Positions 63,448-64,000 of a DNA stretch of 64,000 nucleotides are shown piece by piece. Under the pieces are notes generated by a model. That model did not search any database, was not told where the DNA came from, and saw only the letters and a program-made list of their open reading frames with translations. Origin of the DNA: Chiloscyllium plagiosum (taxonomy: Eukaryota); NCBI RefSeq assembly GCF_004010195.1, contig NC_057752.1, forward strand, positions 14,162,521 to 14,226,520. Direction: 5' to 3'. Within the stretch, counting starts at the first letter, position 1. Each line of letters opens with the position of its first letter. A program made the position numbers and the translations under genes.

Positions 63448-63885
63448 TTAGAGTCATAGAGTCATACAACATAGAAACAGACCCTTCGGTCCAACCAGTC
63501 CATGCTGACCAAAATCCCAAAATAAGCCAGTCCCACCTGCCTGCTCCTGGCCCATCTCCCTCCAAACCTTTCCTATTCACATCCTGATCCAAATGCCTTT
63601 TAAACATTGTAACCGTACCCACATCCACCACTTCCTCAGGAAGTTCATTCCACACATGATCCACACTCTGTGTTCAAAAAACAGTTGCCCCTCATGTCTT
63701 TTTAAATCTTTCTCCTCTCATCTTAAACGTATGCCCCCTAGTCTTGAACTTCCCCGTCCCAGGGAAAAAAATCACCTGTCATTCACCTTATCTATACCCC
63801 TCACGATTTTATAAACCTCGATAAGGTCACCCCTCAACCTCCTGTGCTCCAAGTAAAATAGCCCCAGCCTATCAAGTTTATTTTT
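63448..63885 (-). mobile_element. 5'-truncated CR1 LINE
   Basis: agagtcatagagtcatac tail; VWNELPEEVVDVGTVTMFKRHLD. Confidence 0.85.
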
Positions 63886-64000
63886 ATACCTCTAATTCAC
63901 AGGGGGGGACATGCATTTCAGGTGAGAGGGGGAAAGTTCAAAGGAGATGTGAGGGGCAAGCTTTTTTACACAAAGGAGTGGTAGGAGTCTGGAATGTGCT

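Overview
Eukaryotic, repeat-rich genomic DNA, most likely from a shark or other elasmobranch (inferred from HE1-type V-SINEs and their partner CR1 LINEs). The only confidently identified host gene is the 3' part of an NR4A orphan nuclear receptor, best matching NR4A1/Nur77, on the + strand. It has five coding exons (5106-5235, 15556-15719, 16887-17089, 20277-20455, 22085-22341; 933 nt, 310 aa plus stop) with GT-AG splice sites and a consistent reading frame. The upstream exon(s) lie outside the window. The rest is mostly CR1 LINE fragments, tRNA-derived SINEs, solo LTRs, a Harbinger-like remnant, Penelope-like elements (PLEs) and a 500-N assembly gap. The most notable signals are five. (1) Many short, often palindromic PLE-derived elements flanked by target-site duplications (TSDs) carry minimal hammerhead-ribozyme cores (CUGANGA-stem II-GAAA-NUH) from at least two families. 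(2) A 36-bp minisatellite derived from CR1 coding sequence is split by CR1 insertions at the same position in the unit. (3) A 27-copy 53-bp array has expanded inside one SINE. (4) An unexplained ~206-bp near-perfect palindrome sits beside CRE-like motifs. (5) The NR4A ligand-binding domain has substitutions at normally conserved residues. Repeat boundaries were read by eye and are approximate unless a TSD is quoted.
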